Translations under genes and position numbers: made by a program | Shown: positions 1 through 12,030 of the stretch, piece by piece | How positions within the stretch are numbered: the first letter of the stretch is position 1 | How the letters are laid out: each line of letters begins with the position of its first letter | The notes under the pieces: model-generated | What the model was told of the DNA's origin: nothing | What the model saw: only the letters and a program-made list of their open reading frames with translations | The model's database searches: none | Source: Octopus sinensis | Taxonomy: Eukaryota | Length of the DNA: 64,000 nucleotides | Assembly (NCBI RefSeq): GCF_006345805.1 | Contig: NC_042999.1 | Span: forward strand, 21,762,001-21,826,000 | Direction of reading: 5' to 3'

Positions 1-16
1 CCTTTCATCAACCCCT

Positions 17-67
<51 letters not shown>

Positions 68-326
68 ATTAGAGATAAAACCACTATTAGGCAAATCAAA
101 CAATGAAAAACTTAAGCCAATACATAAAATTAATTAACTTATATTATTTTAAATATATATCAAAAGTGTTAAAAGTTTAATAAAAGATAATGAGTAAAAC
201 ACATTATCTTTTATTAAACTTTTAATACTTTTGATATATATTTAAAATAATATAAATTAATTAATTTTACGTATTGACTTAAGTTTTCCATTGTTTGATT
301 TGCCTAATAGTGGTTTTATCTCTAAT
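68..326. repeat. AT-rich fold-back (palindromic) interspersed repeat
   Basis: Arms 68-192 and 202-326 are near-perfect reverse complements (attagagataaaaccactattaggcaaatcaaac... / ...gtttgatttgcctaatagtggttttatctctaat) around a 9-nt loop, agtaaaaca. The same family recurs at about 6938-7045 (one arm) and 55924-56108 (palindromic). Confidence 0.9.
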
Positions 327-424
327 ATAATATAATATAATATAATATATTTATACTATAAAATTGGATTTAATCCTAAATCTGATTTTATCTGTAAGTT
401 TGGATATATTCCCTAATATTTTAT

Positions 425-512
<88 letters not shown>

Positions 513-1235
513 TATATGTATTTAAGGATTTTAAGGGATTTTGTTCTTTGATGATCAAAATGAATAGGCACTCTGTGTAAGTGCTATAATCGGTTATACG
601 TTGGGTTCTAATTTCAAAGCTGAAGCGGGATCTAGGGATCCGTGGTGGGTTCTCGAGTTAGCAGGTATATGTATATATATAAATATTCATAATGATTTGG
701 GACACTTGCCCTGCCTTGATTTTTGTTGTTCTCTCTCCTTTAATGTGTGTGTGGGTGTGTTGTGGCTGTGCTTGCACGTATGTGTGTGTGTGTCTAGTGT
801 AAAGATCCTCGTAACGCGTTTGATAGTATATATGCTTTCGTTCGGTTGATACATTTCATTATATCTCGAGGTATCTTCTGTTATGGAGATGGATACGGAT
901 CTCCTTTCTACATAGGATTAATGTAATAATGATAATACACAACCAGAATTTATCATTAGTTTTCGCAGATGCAATGAGTTAAGGGAAATTCTTCATAACT
1001 ATATAGGTATTCTGATAAGAATCTCCGTCGCTTTCATCGTGGTAACTGCTGTATACGAAGGACAAATATGAACGACATATAGCATAAGAGCATGAAGTGA
1101 GTGGACTCAACGTGTTTTAGCGACAGTACGTTTTGGCACTGGAGGCAAAGAGAGCTGGAGTGAAAGAGAGCGAGAGAGAGAAGTATGATAATGTATTATT
1201 TGGGCAGGGTTAATATAAACACCGTTGGCGATTTT

Positions 1236-1410
1236 TTTGCCTCTGTCTTCCCTTCTCTGGATCTTTCCTTCTCCTATGTTTCCGACGAAGAGCTCCGCTC
1301 GAAACGTTAAACCCTCCTTCTTCCCTTCCTTCCTGAGCGTCCAATAATACTATATTTGTTCCACGTCCTCGCGTTGTTGTGTTTTCTCTTTGTGTTTTCA
1401 TGTTTGGATT
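1236..1410 (+). mobile_element. Short interspersed repeat carrying a hammerhead-like motif (Penelope-like pLTR-derived?)
   Basis: About 175 bp highly similar to 44065-44242. Contains gttt-CCGACGA-A-GAGC-TCC-GCTC-GAAA-CG-TT-AAAC. Confidence 0.6.
1278..1312 (+). ncRNA. Minimal type I hammerhead motif with a U4->C core change
   Basis: Stem I gttt/aaac; core CCGACGA (canonical CUGANGA); extra A; stem II GAGC/GCTC; GAAA; palindromic ACGT helix III; GUU cleavage triplet. The sister copy at 44108-44142 has the canonical core. Confidence 0.5.
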
Positions 1411-2039
1411 TACTTGATATAAAACACTTTCTCTTTCTCCATACATATAAAGAGTAATACGCTCTCACATAGAAGAAAGAAGAAAGAAATATAAAAAGAG
1501 AGAAACCGACTGAAAATGCGATAAATATTGAAACGGGAGAGACATTAAAATATCTAATGTCAAATAAGTCAGCGTCGAATCACTGACGCAAAATAAGCGA
1601 CTGTCCGAAATCGTCTCACAAATGAGATATATTTCTTTGACTATCTAATAATTCCACCAACGCCACACTTTGGAATGCTGTCTTCGAAATCAACCAGGAA
1701 ACGATGATGATAAAGTAGACCTCATGGGAAATAGACTCGGCACGTAGAGAGCTAGCGCTATGTACGAGGATCTTTCTAACAAACGTTTTTTTATGATTCT
1801 GTTAGTTGCCCACTTCAATATTTGGTTGCTGAGGACTATACAAAACTCTGTTTCGACATTGTCAAACGCGGTAAAACATTTCGTATACATAGGTTATAAT
1901 ACTGCAGGGTTTATTCATTCATGTAACAAGGATATGATATAAACACAGGGAATGGCGCCAGCAGCTTCTTATGTGTCTGTAATTTTTATCTATAAAACAA
2001 TTCTGGCAAGTGTTAATAAGATAGCTATAGGCACACTCA

Positions 2040-2870
<831 letters not shown>

Positions 2871-3159
2871 CAGCTCACGTCATTATACTTCGTAACAAAA
2901 CCAGGCAAGAGATTTAACTCTGTTTGCTCGAGGCGTCTTGTCTTTTTAGGAAGACATTGTTATTCAAAAGATTAGTAATATTTTAGATATCATAAATATA
3001 CTCTTTCATTTATACATTTCTGAGTAATCTATAATTGTCACGTGTTCATAATCTCACATATACATACATACATACACATATGTATTTATAAACGTTACAG
3101 TGTTTGTTCGAATGTATGTATGTATGTGTGTATGTTTGTTATGTTCTGTCTCTTCTTAT

Positions 3160-3345
3160 TTTGCTTGTTTCAGTCATTTCACTGCGGCCATGCTGGAGCA
3201 CCGCTTTTAGTCGAGTAAATCCAACCCAGGACTTATAATTTGTATCAATCTATTGTGCCGACCCGCTAGCTTACGGGGAGGTAAACAGACCAGCATCAGT
3301 TGTCAAGCGACGTTGGAGGAACAAACACAGACAAACATATACACA
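3160..3345 (-). mobile_element. tRNA-derived SINE family A, 3' portion
   Basis: Reverse complement of the family tail (ggtgctccagcatggccgcagt...aatgactgaaacaag) seen in the fuller copies at 9333 and 22422. Confidence 0.8.
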
Positions 3346-3354
3346 CACACAAAG

Positions 3355-3394
<40 letters not shown>

Positions 3395-3400
<6 letters not shown>

Positions 3401-4174
3401 AGCATCATTCAGTTTCTTATTTGTTTATTGCCCACAAGGGGCTAAAAATAGAGGGGACAAACAAGGACAGACAAAGGGATTAAGTCGATTACATCGATCC
3501 CCAGTGCATAACTGGTACTTTATTTATCGATACGAAAGGATCACAGGCAAAGTCGAAATCGGCGGAATTTAAATTCAGAACGTAACCGCTGACGGAATAC
3601 CTATTTATTTACTACCCAAAAGGGGCTAAACACAGAGAGCAGAAACAAGGACAGACAAAGGGATTAAGTCGATTATATCGATCCCAGTGCGTAACTGGTA
3701 CTTATTTAATCGACCCCGAAAGGATGAAAAGCAAAGTTGACCTCGGCGGAATTTGAACTCAGAACGTAACGGCAGACGAATATCACTAAGCATTTCGCCC
3801 GGCGTTCTAACGTTTCTGCCACCTCGCGACCTATAAGTTCTTTCAGTTTCTGTCTACCAAAAAGGCACTTTGACAAGTCCACTCTCATTCTTTTATGTAT
3901 CTGTCTTCATCCCTCACTCACTCTATTTCCTCCCTTCCCATCACTTTCTATATATAACGTCGATAACTGCGTCTAACTACCTTACCTTCCCTTTCTCTTT
4001 ATATCGTCGTGTCACAGCGTTCTGTATCTCCCTCTCCTCCTCCCCGCCTTCCAAGGCGGCGCTGCAATCGGCCACGTTCGGATGGTGCTTTTCACGTGCT
4101 GAAAGGAAGCAACAGGAAGTAATAACCACACTCTTACCCGCGCGTAGAGCGGGTCATCTTCAGCTGCATATATG

Positions 4175-4208
<34 letters not shown>

Positions 4209-4995
4209 ATATATATATATATGATGAGCATCATTCAGTTTCTTATTTGTTTATTGCCCACAAGGGGCTAAAAATAGAGGGGACAAACAAGGACAGACAA
4301 AGGGATTAAGTCGATTACATCGATCCCCAGTGCATAACTGGTACTTTATTTATCGATACGAAAGGATCACAGGCAAAGTCGAAATCGGCGGAATTTAAAT
4401 TCAGAACGTAACCGCTGACGGAATACCTATTTATTTACTACCCAAAAGGGGCTAAACACAGAGAGCAGAAACAAGGACAGACAAAGGGATTAAGTCGATT
4501 ATATCGATCCCAGTGCGTAACTGGTACTTATTTAATCGACCCCGAAAGGATGAAAAGCAAAGTTGACCTCGGCGGAATTTGAACTCAGAACGTAACGGCA
4601 GACGAAATATCACTAAGCATTTCGCCCGGCGTTCTAACGTTTCTGCCACCTCGCGACCTATAAGTTCTTTCAGTTTCTGTCTACCAAAAAGGCACTTTGA
4701 CAAGTCCACTCTCATTCTTTTATGTATCTGTCTTCATCCCTCACTCACTCTATTTCCTCCCTTCCCATCACTTTCTATATATAACGTCGATAACTGCGTC
4801 TAACTACCTTACCTTCCCTTTCTCTTTATATCGTCGTGTCACAGCGTTCTGTATCTCCCTCTCCTCCTCCCCGCCTTCCAAGGCGGCGCTGCAATCGGCC
4901 ACGTTCGGATGGTGCTTTTCACGTGCTGAAAGGAAGCAACAGGAAGTAATAACCACACTCTTACCCGCGCGTAGAGCGGGTCATCTTCAGCTGCA
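3395..4995. repeat. Near-identical tandem duplication, period 826-827 bp
   Basis: 3395-4168 matches 4221-4995, and the copies are separated by (TA)n. The only difference I noticed is a 1-bp indel (gacgaatatc vs gacgaaatatc). The ORF track repeats the same peptides 827 bp apart. Confidence 0.95.
3408..3830 (-). mobile_element. SINE family B (two stacked partial copies); repeated at 4235-4655
   Basis: Reverse complement of gttctgagttcaaattccgccgaggtc(g/a)actttgc...gtaccagttacgcactggg, as in the plus-strand copies at 50025 and 58379. Confidence 0.85.
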
Positions 4996-5026
4996 TATAT
5001 GTATATATATATATATGTATATATAT

Positions 5027-5085
<59 letters not shown>

Positions 5086-5574
5086 TGCATTAATACTCTT
5101 ATTCATGCACATGCACACACAAAATATATGCATGTGTGTATGTGTGTGAGTGTGTGTTGTAAAAGTGTGGCCGCCTACATTTCTTAGTGCAGGCTGCTTA
5201 TCGGAAAAATATTTAGAATTATTAGGAAAGTGTAATAATATACTTTTGCTTGGAAATTATCTTCTTTTCCTTATTCCTAACATGTAATTCCGTGTCTATG
5301 TGAAACATATAAATGAATGTTTGTCTGTGTCGAGGTGCGTTTTTCTGCGTATGTGCGTGCCCGCGGGCGTGTATGTGTGTGTGTGTGTATAAGAATGTAA
5401 CGTAGTGTCTAAGTGCAGCACACACACACGCACCTACATATAGATATATACATACATACATACATACATACACACACATACACATACGTACATACATACA
5501 TACATACATACATTCATACATACATACATAGATACCTACCTACATACATAGACAAATCTATTAGTGTATGCATA

Positions 5575-6838
5575 CAGAGGGTTGAGTCAAAATAATGGAA
5601 ACACCTAGCATCATAATTTTAAAATATCTATAAAACCGTCAAATGTTGTTTATTTTTGTTTTTTGTTTTTGTATTAATGTTGCTGAATAAGGTTTGCTAA
5701 AATTGCTGTTTCTTTACAGATATTATCACAAAATGGTAATTAAACATTAAAATGGCAGATCTATCGGACTTTCAAGCATGTCAAATTGTTGGTGCTCGTA
5801 TGGCAGTCGCTAGCGTTAAGAAAGCAGCCGAAATGTTTGGTATATCAAAAAGTACTGTCTCGAACGTAATGACGGCCTTTGAGAAAGACGGAAAAAACCT
5901 ACTTCTCGAAACGAAATTCCGGAAGAAAATCAAAGCATTCAGATAGGGACCGTCGGAGTCTTACGCGAATTATTTGAAAGGGTCTCAAAAGGAACGCTCC
6001 AAAAAATTACTGCAGAGCTTAATGACCACCTAGAGAACCCAGTTTCCACAAAAACTGTACCTCGATAGCTGCACAAAGCCGGCTTTCACGGGAGGGTCGC
6101 AATCAGGAAAGCACTACTTTAAAAAAGAAACGTTGCAAAGCGTTTAGAGTGGAGTAAAAACCTACAGATTTGGTTCCTGGAGCAGTGGAAGAATGTTATT
6201 TTGTCGGGCAAGTCACCTTTTACCTTATTTCCGACCACCGGCCGAGTATACGTGTGGAAACAGCGAAAAGAAGCATTTGACCCAGAATGCCTTCTTCCAA
6301 CTGCTAAACATAGAGGAGGATCTGTAATGATCTGGAGGTGGGGCTATATCTTAGAAATCCGCCAGCCCAATTGTTTCCCTTCATGGCAGAATTAATAGTC
6401 AAGACTATTTAGGCATTTTATCTGATCAAATTCATCCTGTGGTTGCGGAATTGTTTCCGGAGGGAAATGCAATTTTTCAGGATGATAATGCACCATTCAC
6501 ACAGCTACAGTTGTTATTGAATGGCACGAGGAACATTCTAGTAAAGTTGAACTTCTTATCTGGCTACTGCAGTCCCCAGATCTCAATATTATTGAACATT
6601 TATGGTGCATTTTAGAAAAACAAGTAAAGAGTAGATATCCTCCACCATCATTACAATAAGAACTAGAGACTTTTTAATTGAAGAATGGACAAAAATTCCT
6701 TTGGAGGCAATTCAAACTTTGCACGAGTCCATACTTCGTAGAATTGAAGCTGTAATTAACAACAAAGGCGGTCCTACCCTATATTAAAATAAAATTGTTT
6801 GAAATTCTAAGGTGTTTCCATTATTTTGTCCAACCATG
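5575..6838 (+). mobile_element. Full-length decayed Tc1-family DNA transposon
   Basis: Imperfect TIRs (cagagggttgagtcaaaataatggaaacacct / aggtgtttccattattttgtccaaccatg) with TA on both sides (5573-5574, 6839-6840), enclosing a transposase pseudogene. Confidence 0.92.
5752..6787 (+). pseudogene. Tc1 DD34E transposase, frameshifted
   Basis: N-terminus MADLSDFQACQIVGARMA...SKSTVS (paired-like HTH); KNVILSGKSPF (first catalytic D replaced by G); FQDDNAP; SPDLNIIEHLW; C-terminal KGGPTLY*. Multiple frameshifts and stops. Confidence 0.9.
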
Positions 6839-6878
6839 TATATTTTCACCCACGCTTAGACACTCACATACGTATGAT

Positions 6879-6937
<59 letters not shown>

Positions 6938-6938
<1 letters not shown>

Positions 6939-7045
6939 ATTAGAGATAAAACCATTATTAAGCAAGTCAAACAATGAAAAACATAAGCCAATACATAAAA
7001 TTAATTAATTTATATTATTTTAAATATATATCAAAAGTATTAAAA
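6938..7045 (+). repeat. Single arm of the 68-326 fold-back family
   Basis: attagagataaaaccattattaagcaagtcaaacaatgaaaaacataagccaatacataaaattaattaa... closely matches 68-175. Confidence 0.85.
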
Positions 7046-7744
7046 CAGATCAAAGATGAAAAGGATCCCATCACCTTTAAACACATGTGTGAACGTATAC
7101 GCGGTTGCCCATAGACATTATGTCGTAGTACACCGTAAATACATTCACGGACGAAAGTCGTGTTTTCTCAATAACTACATTATAGTTTTTGCGGTTAATT
7201 TTTGTTGTAAAACTATATTTCACAATGGATAATGATCTCATTTGTATTATTTCTAATTGTATTCTTATCATATTAATGATTATTCTCCTTTCCACCCTCT
7301 TTTCCCACGAAACAAATGACAAAGGGATGAAATTATTGTTCAAAATCAATTTAGAGATAAATTGAACTTGTCTATCTTATAAAATCAAATTTCGTGTATA
7401 TTTACTTCTTTATGAAAGTAGTTTAGCTTTAATTTTCTTTAATATTTCCTGAGGTTAGCTATGGTAGCTGCATGACATAGAAATTGAAGCACTCTGTGTA
7501 CAGGATAAATATAATCATTTCCTTGAAACAAGTGTCGGTTCTCGATACAATTGCACTAATTATCCTGCAACGAAATGTAGATTTAATCCACTGACCATCC
7601 TGCATTAAAAGTAAAGGTCTTGTGATGTTATATCTATTCGCTATTTCTCGTACATTTAGCATCATACATAATAATGAAAGCCGACGAAATTAATAAACGT
7701 TGATATTTATGCAAGTGTATATACATATGTATATTTAAATGTAA

Positions 7745-7940
7745 ACGTACGAACCAACTTCACGGCAGGAGGTGCGGATGAGGGCAGCTGCATCAAACTC
7801 TCTCATGCACTAAATGTCAATTGCTACAAAGCATTCGTGAAGTAAAATCATGTAGCAACACCGAATGGCGGTGCCCCAGCCTGGCCACAGCTCGCGAGCT
7901 GAAACTAGATGAAAATGAAAATGAAAATGAAAATGAAAAA
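7745..7940 (+). mobile_element. Probable 3' end of a 5'-truncated retroposon with an (ATGAAA)n tail
   Basis: GC-richer segment ending gctgaaactag followed by tandem atgaaa repeats. Family not identified. Confidence 0.45.
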
Positions 7941-9332
7941 TGCCTCCCACGTCTGTCTCTTCCATCGAGTTACAAACACAAATACATACTCCTGCTAAAA
8001 TATATTTTCCGATTACTCCGTATCATTACTCTGTATCAAAATCACTTTATTTAGTGAACTCATCTTGTAATATATGAAGGAAACACAAAAGGAATTGGAT
8101 AAAACTTCAACCTTGAGCATAAAGCAGGGTTTCCATAGTTGGAGATTTCGGTCCTAAATTGTCGATACATCCACATCATAATTTGTGTAGACGCCCCCAG
8201 ACGATAAAGTAGGCTAGCCCAATACGTAGATATAGAGGGAGAACTCTAGACGTCGTCAGAGAGTGGCAGTCGGAGTAGTAGAGTAGACAGAAGAGTTTAG
8301 TAGAAGGCATCCGAACGTGTGACATAGCAATGGCGACGAGAATTTCGTAGCTCACACAGCCACTGCGTAGTATTGCAACATAACATAATTACATAGCATA
8401 TATCTGATTCTTGCAAGTGAGAATGAAATAGTAGATTACTAATGATTTCATCGTTTGTTTTAGGTGCTTACACGTTCTTCAGAAGACATTAGTATCCTCA
8501 GACTGTGAAGGATCAAGGGTGTGAGAGTTGGTAGGAAAGAAGGTTGTAAAAGTGCAGAACCGTACTTGGTCGTTGCGTATTTTCAGTAAGAGAGGATAGA
8601 GAATTGTGTAATAAAGTGCCTTGGTCATATACAGAACATATCAATTCTAACAATAATCGCATACACAGCCATATGTTTGTGACCCCAAGGCTCTTAACTA
8701 CTCGACTATTTGCCACAACGATATTTCTGATTCAACAACTCAGTACTGAAACTCTCTGAAATGGAATGATGTACAGGTCACAAAAGCAAAGTTCGAAGGA
8801 AAAAGTTGTCATTTCTTTTGAATTTTAGAGGTAAATTGAACTTACTGACCAAGAACAAAACAAAACAAAACTGTTAAACATTGAATTGACAAATTCACAG
8901 ATACTAAATCTGGGACTTAGAGATAAGACAGTGAAGGCTCAATAGGTATATATCTAAAGCAACATAAGAACGGAAAGGTAGTGTTGGAGGCGACCACCAT
9001 CAAACATCCTCAAAATTTATCTTCAATTTTTATCAGAAAATGCATAAGGACAATTAAGAACAATTTCGCAAATAATGTAGAGAAATGCTGAGCAATCGGA
9101 AAACAGCAGCAGCTCAGAGTGCAATTAGAAACTAAGCATTATTATTGCTGTTCTTTTTTCCGTGGTTTTCGATGTTTGTATACTTCAGTGCTGCTATTGG
9201 TTTGATGGCAACTTTTGTTAGCGTAGTCAAGTAGTCAAGAGCCTTGGGTTCACGAACATATGGCTGTGTGTGCGATTTGTTCTGTCTATGACCAAGGCAC
9301 TTTATCACACATTTCTCTATCCTCTCCTGGAT

Positions 9333-9527
9333 AGGCGCAGGAGCGGCTGTGTGATAAGTAGCTAGCTTACCAACCACATTGTTCCGGGTTCAGTGCCACT
9401 GCGTGGCAACTTCTACTGTAGCCTCGGTACTGTAGCCTCGGGCCGACCAAAACCTTGTGAATGGATTTGATAGACGGAAACTAAAAAGAAACTCGTCGTA
9501 TGTATGCATATGTATATATATATATAT

Positions 9528-9591
<64 letters not shown>

Positions 9592-9800
9592 ATCTGTGTT
9601 TGTCCCTCCAAATCGCTGCACAACCGATGCTGGTGTGTTTTTACGTCCCGTAACTTGGCAGTTCCGCATAAGAGACCGATCGAATAAGAACTAGGCTTAC
9701 AAAGAATAAGTCCCGAGGTAGATTTTCTCGACTAAAGGCGGTGCTCCAGCATGACCGCAGTCAAATGACTGAAAGAAGTAAAACAGTAAGAGTAAAGAGA
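9333..9800 (+). mobile_element. tRNA-derived SINE family A, full length
   Basis: Head aggcgcaggagcggctgtgtgataag...ccgggttcagtgccac (A/B-box-like), internal TA/TG microsatellite, tail ggcggtgctccagcatg...gtaaaa repeats. Confidence 0.88.
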
Positions 9801-10525
9801 GAATATTACTTGTTTATTACATGACAAATTTACGAGTCCACCCAGCTGCTTTTCTTTTTCTTTTTATATAGAAATCTTCTTGGCTACGTAACTATTCTTT
9901 ATTGCTTGTGAGAGGCCGGAAATTCAAATATTTCTGCGTATTAAAACATGACGCGTGCAGCATGTTAGAGCAAAATCGTGATTGTGTGGAGCTGGCCGAT
10001 AGGAGATTGGACTCTGTAAAAACCTAGCAAATCTACCGAAGTAGTTTAAGTCGTCTACTACACATATTTTTGTTGTTGAATTTGCCTCTACAACAATGGG
10101 AACGTCCTGAAATCTTAAATATCGTTTACAAACGAATAGAAGAGTGGCAATTAACGGTTATAAGTGCATAAACACGAACAACTCAATAAAGGATGAAAAT
10201 TATTATTCTAAGGAAATTACTAAAACTGAAACACAAAATATGGACAATATTATTTATAGTCACAACAACTATAACGACACGTACAAACATACTCACTCAC
10301 ACAGACATGCATACACACATACATAAACCGGTGATTATGTAAACAAAACTATTGTGAACGTGACAATGTCGCCTTCTTTGCTACTTGAAAAAAGTCACTG
10401 GAAATTCACGCAAAAGCAAATAGTTTGACAGAATTATGTCAAATGAGACTTTCGTTTTCTTTCAATACATCCAGCAATAAAGAAGTTAAAAGTCCACATA
10501 TTTATGTACATTAAAAGATGACCAT

Positions 10526-10793
10526 TCTGTTGTGTCTGGGGAGAGTCATTTCCTTTTTGTGCCTTATTATGTTACACACTCACCGGTAAAATTTCCACGT
10601 TTTTCTTATTTTTATTGTCCTAAAATTTTTGTTGCGTCTTGCAACATTTTCAATAGTTTTGACTCTCATTGTCCTAAAATTTTCGTTGTGTCTTGCAACA
10701 TTTTCAATAGTCTTGACAATAAAAATAAGAAAAACGTTGAAATTTTACCGATGAGTGTGAGGCACAAAAAGAAAATGACTCTCCCCAGACAGA
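10526..10793. repeat. Inverted repeat of an interspersed element
   Basis: 10526-10619 is the reverse complement of 10715-10793, and the spacer holds a short tandem duplication. The same sequence (gacaataaaaataag...gactctccccagaca) occurs at about 57713-57808. Confidence 0.85.
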
Positions 10794-11034
10794 ATAGAAT
10801 ATGTTTCAACACACGAACTCATATAAAGAATCTTGCAAACCAAATCCCAAAACGAAAGATGACCATTGTTTTAGACAAAATCGATTGAATGATTGTCAGA
10901 TTGAAAAAAATATTTTGTCCATTTCCTTGGTAATTATGCCAGAAATAGTTTCCGTGATCTTGAAGCTGATCTCTACCAGCATTTCCTAAATAACATTGTG
11001 GTGTTGATGTCATCCACTGAATTTGCCATATCGT

Positions 11035-12015
11035 TAACTCATTTCTACACCGATTTTCACCTCGAGGTTATGGCAAATTGTGAATATAAATACAGGCTCA
11101 AATAGGTTTGAGGATTTAATCAGCCTTAGCAAAGACCGGGCCCGTCATCCCCCAGTCCCCGTCGGATGGTATCTTCAATCCAATCCGCTTCGGTGCCTGG
11201 AGGTAACCCACATACCCAGGCTCGTATTAATTTTCTTCCACAATATGGCGGGAGGAACAGAATTTCCTTGCCTTCTAAAGGCTGACTCGCAAACTGGCGA
11301 GCCTTTTTCCCGTTCTCAAATAGCAACCATACGGTTGCATGTTTGAGGCCACGGGATATATATTTTAAAGAGGACAAATATTCTTTAAGTTCATTTTTTA
11401 TGACTTGTTTTGGGAAGACGGTGATGGAATTAAGAACTTTAGAATAAGTTCTAAGTACCATCGTCTTCTCCTCCATATCTTTTAACCACTGCTTAGGCGG
11501 GTTAATTTCCCACTCTAAGACAGAGTTTTTCTTTTTAAGTTCCTTCTCTGCCATGTCAAAAAACAGTTCAAAAGTAGTTCAAAAGACAGTCTGCCAAAAC
11601 ATTAAACCGAATAAAAATAAAACACAATAAAAGAGGAGGGGAGGAAACTGAAATTAAAGTAATGAAAGTAATGAACCAAAATTTAGAAAGAAAGAAAAAA
11701 TAGAAGGGAAAAGTAAAAGAAAAAACCAAATAGCACAGACAGGGAATCCTTTGTACAATACTCCAAAGAGGTAATCCAAAAAGGTAATCCAAATGGCTTA
11801 TTCTTATTTATCTGGCGAAATACGCCCACCTGAATTTCAAGCAAAAATTCTCAATTGACCGTTACGGTGATAAGAACCCAGTATTTTGTTCGCTATAGCG
11901 AGCCATAATTGACAATTTTTCTTTTTGTTCTTTTTTTTTATTCATGAAGCCGAAACTCATCTTCTCACTGTAACAGTCCAGACCAACTTGTGTTGCATTT
12001 TGGGTCACCGGAAGT
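11035..12015 (-). mobile_element. L1/Tx1-like retroelement copy 2 (5' UTR + ORF1 N-terminal part, 3' part lost)
   Basis: Starts ACTTCCGGTGACCCAAAATGCA (12015-11994), the same 5' motif as copy 1. Its ORF is homologous to the ORF1 of copy 1. Confidence 0.6.
11126..11554 (-). CDS. L1/Tx1-type ORF1 (gag-like) fragment
   Basis: LKYISRGLKHATVWLLF...EILFLPPYCGRKLIRAWVCGLPP aligns by eye to ITYITKGKRYGIMVVQF...EVVLLPTYLGRKTSKVRVEANPP of the 12588-13229 ORF. Confidence 0.6.
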   Translation of the reverse strand: MAEKELKKKNSVLEWEINPPKQWLKDMEEKTMVLRTYSKVLNSITVFPKQVIKNELKEYLSSLKYISRGLKHATVWLLFENGKKARQFASQPLEGKEILFLPPYCGRKLIRAWVCGLPPGTEADWIEDTIRRGLGDDGPGLC

Positions 12016-12030
12016 AAGTAAGCACGCTAC

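Noticed and set aside
4125-4168. Minus-strand CTGAAGA followed by the hairpin ACCCGC/GCGGGT (duplicated near 4952-4995)
   Set aside because: No GAAA after stem II and no stem I pairing.
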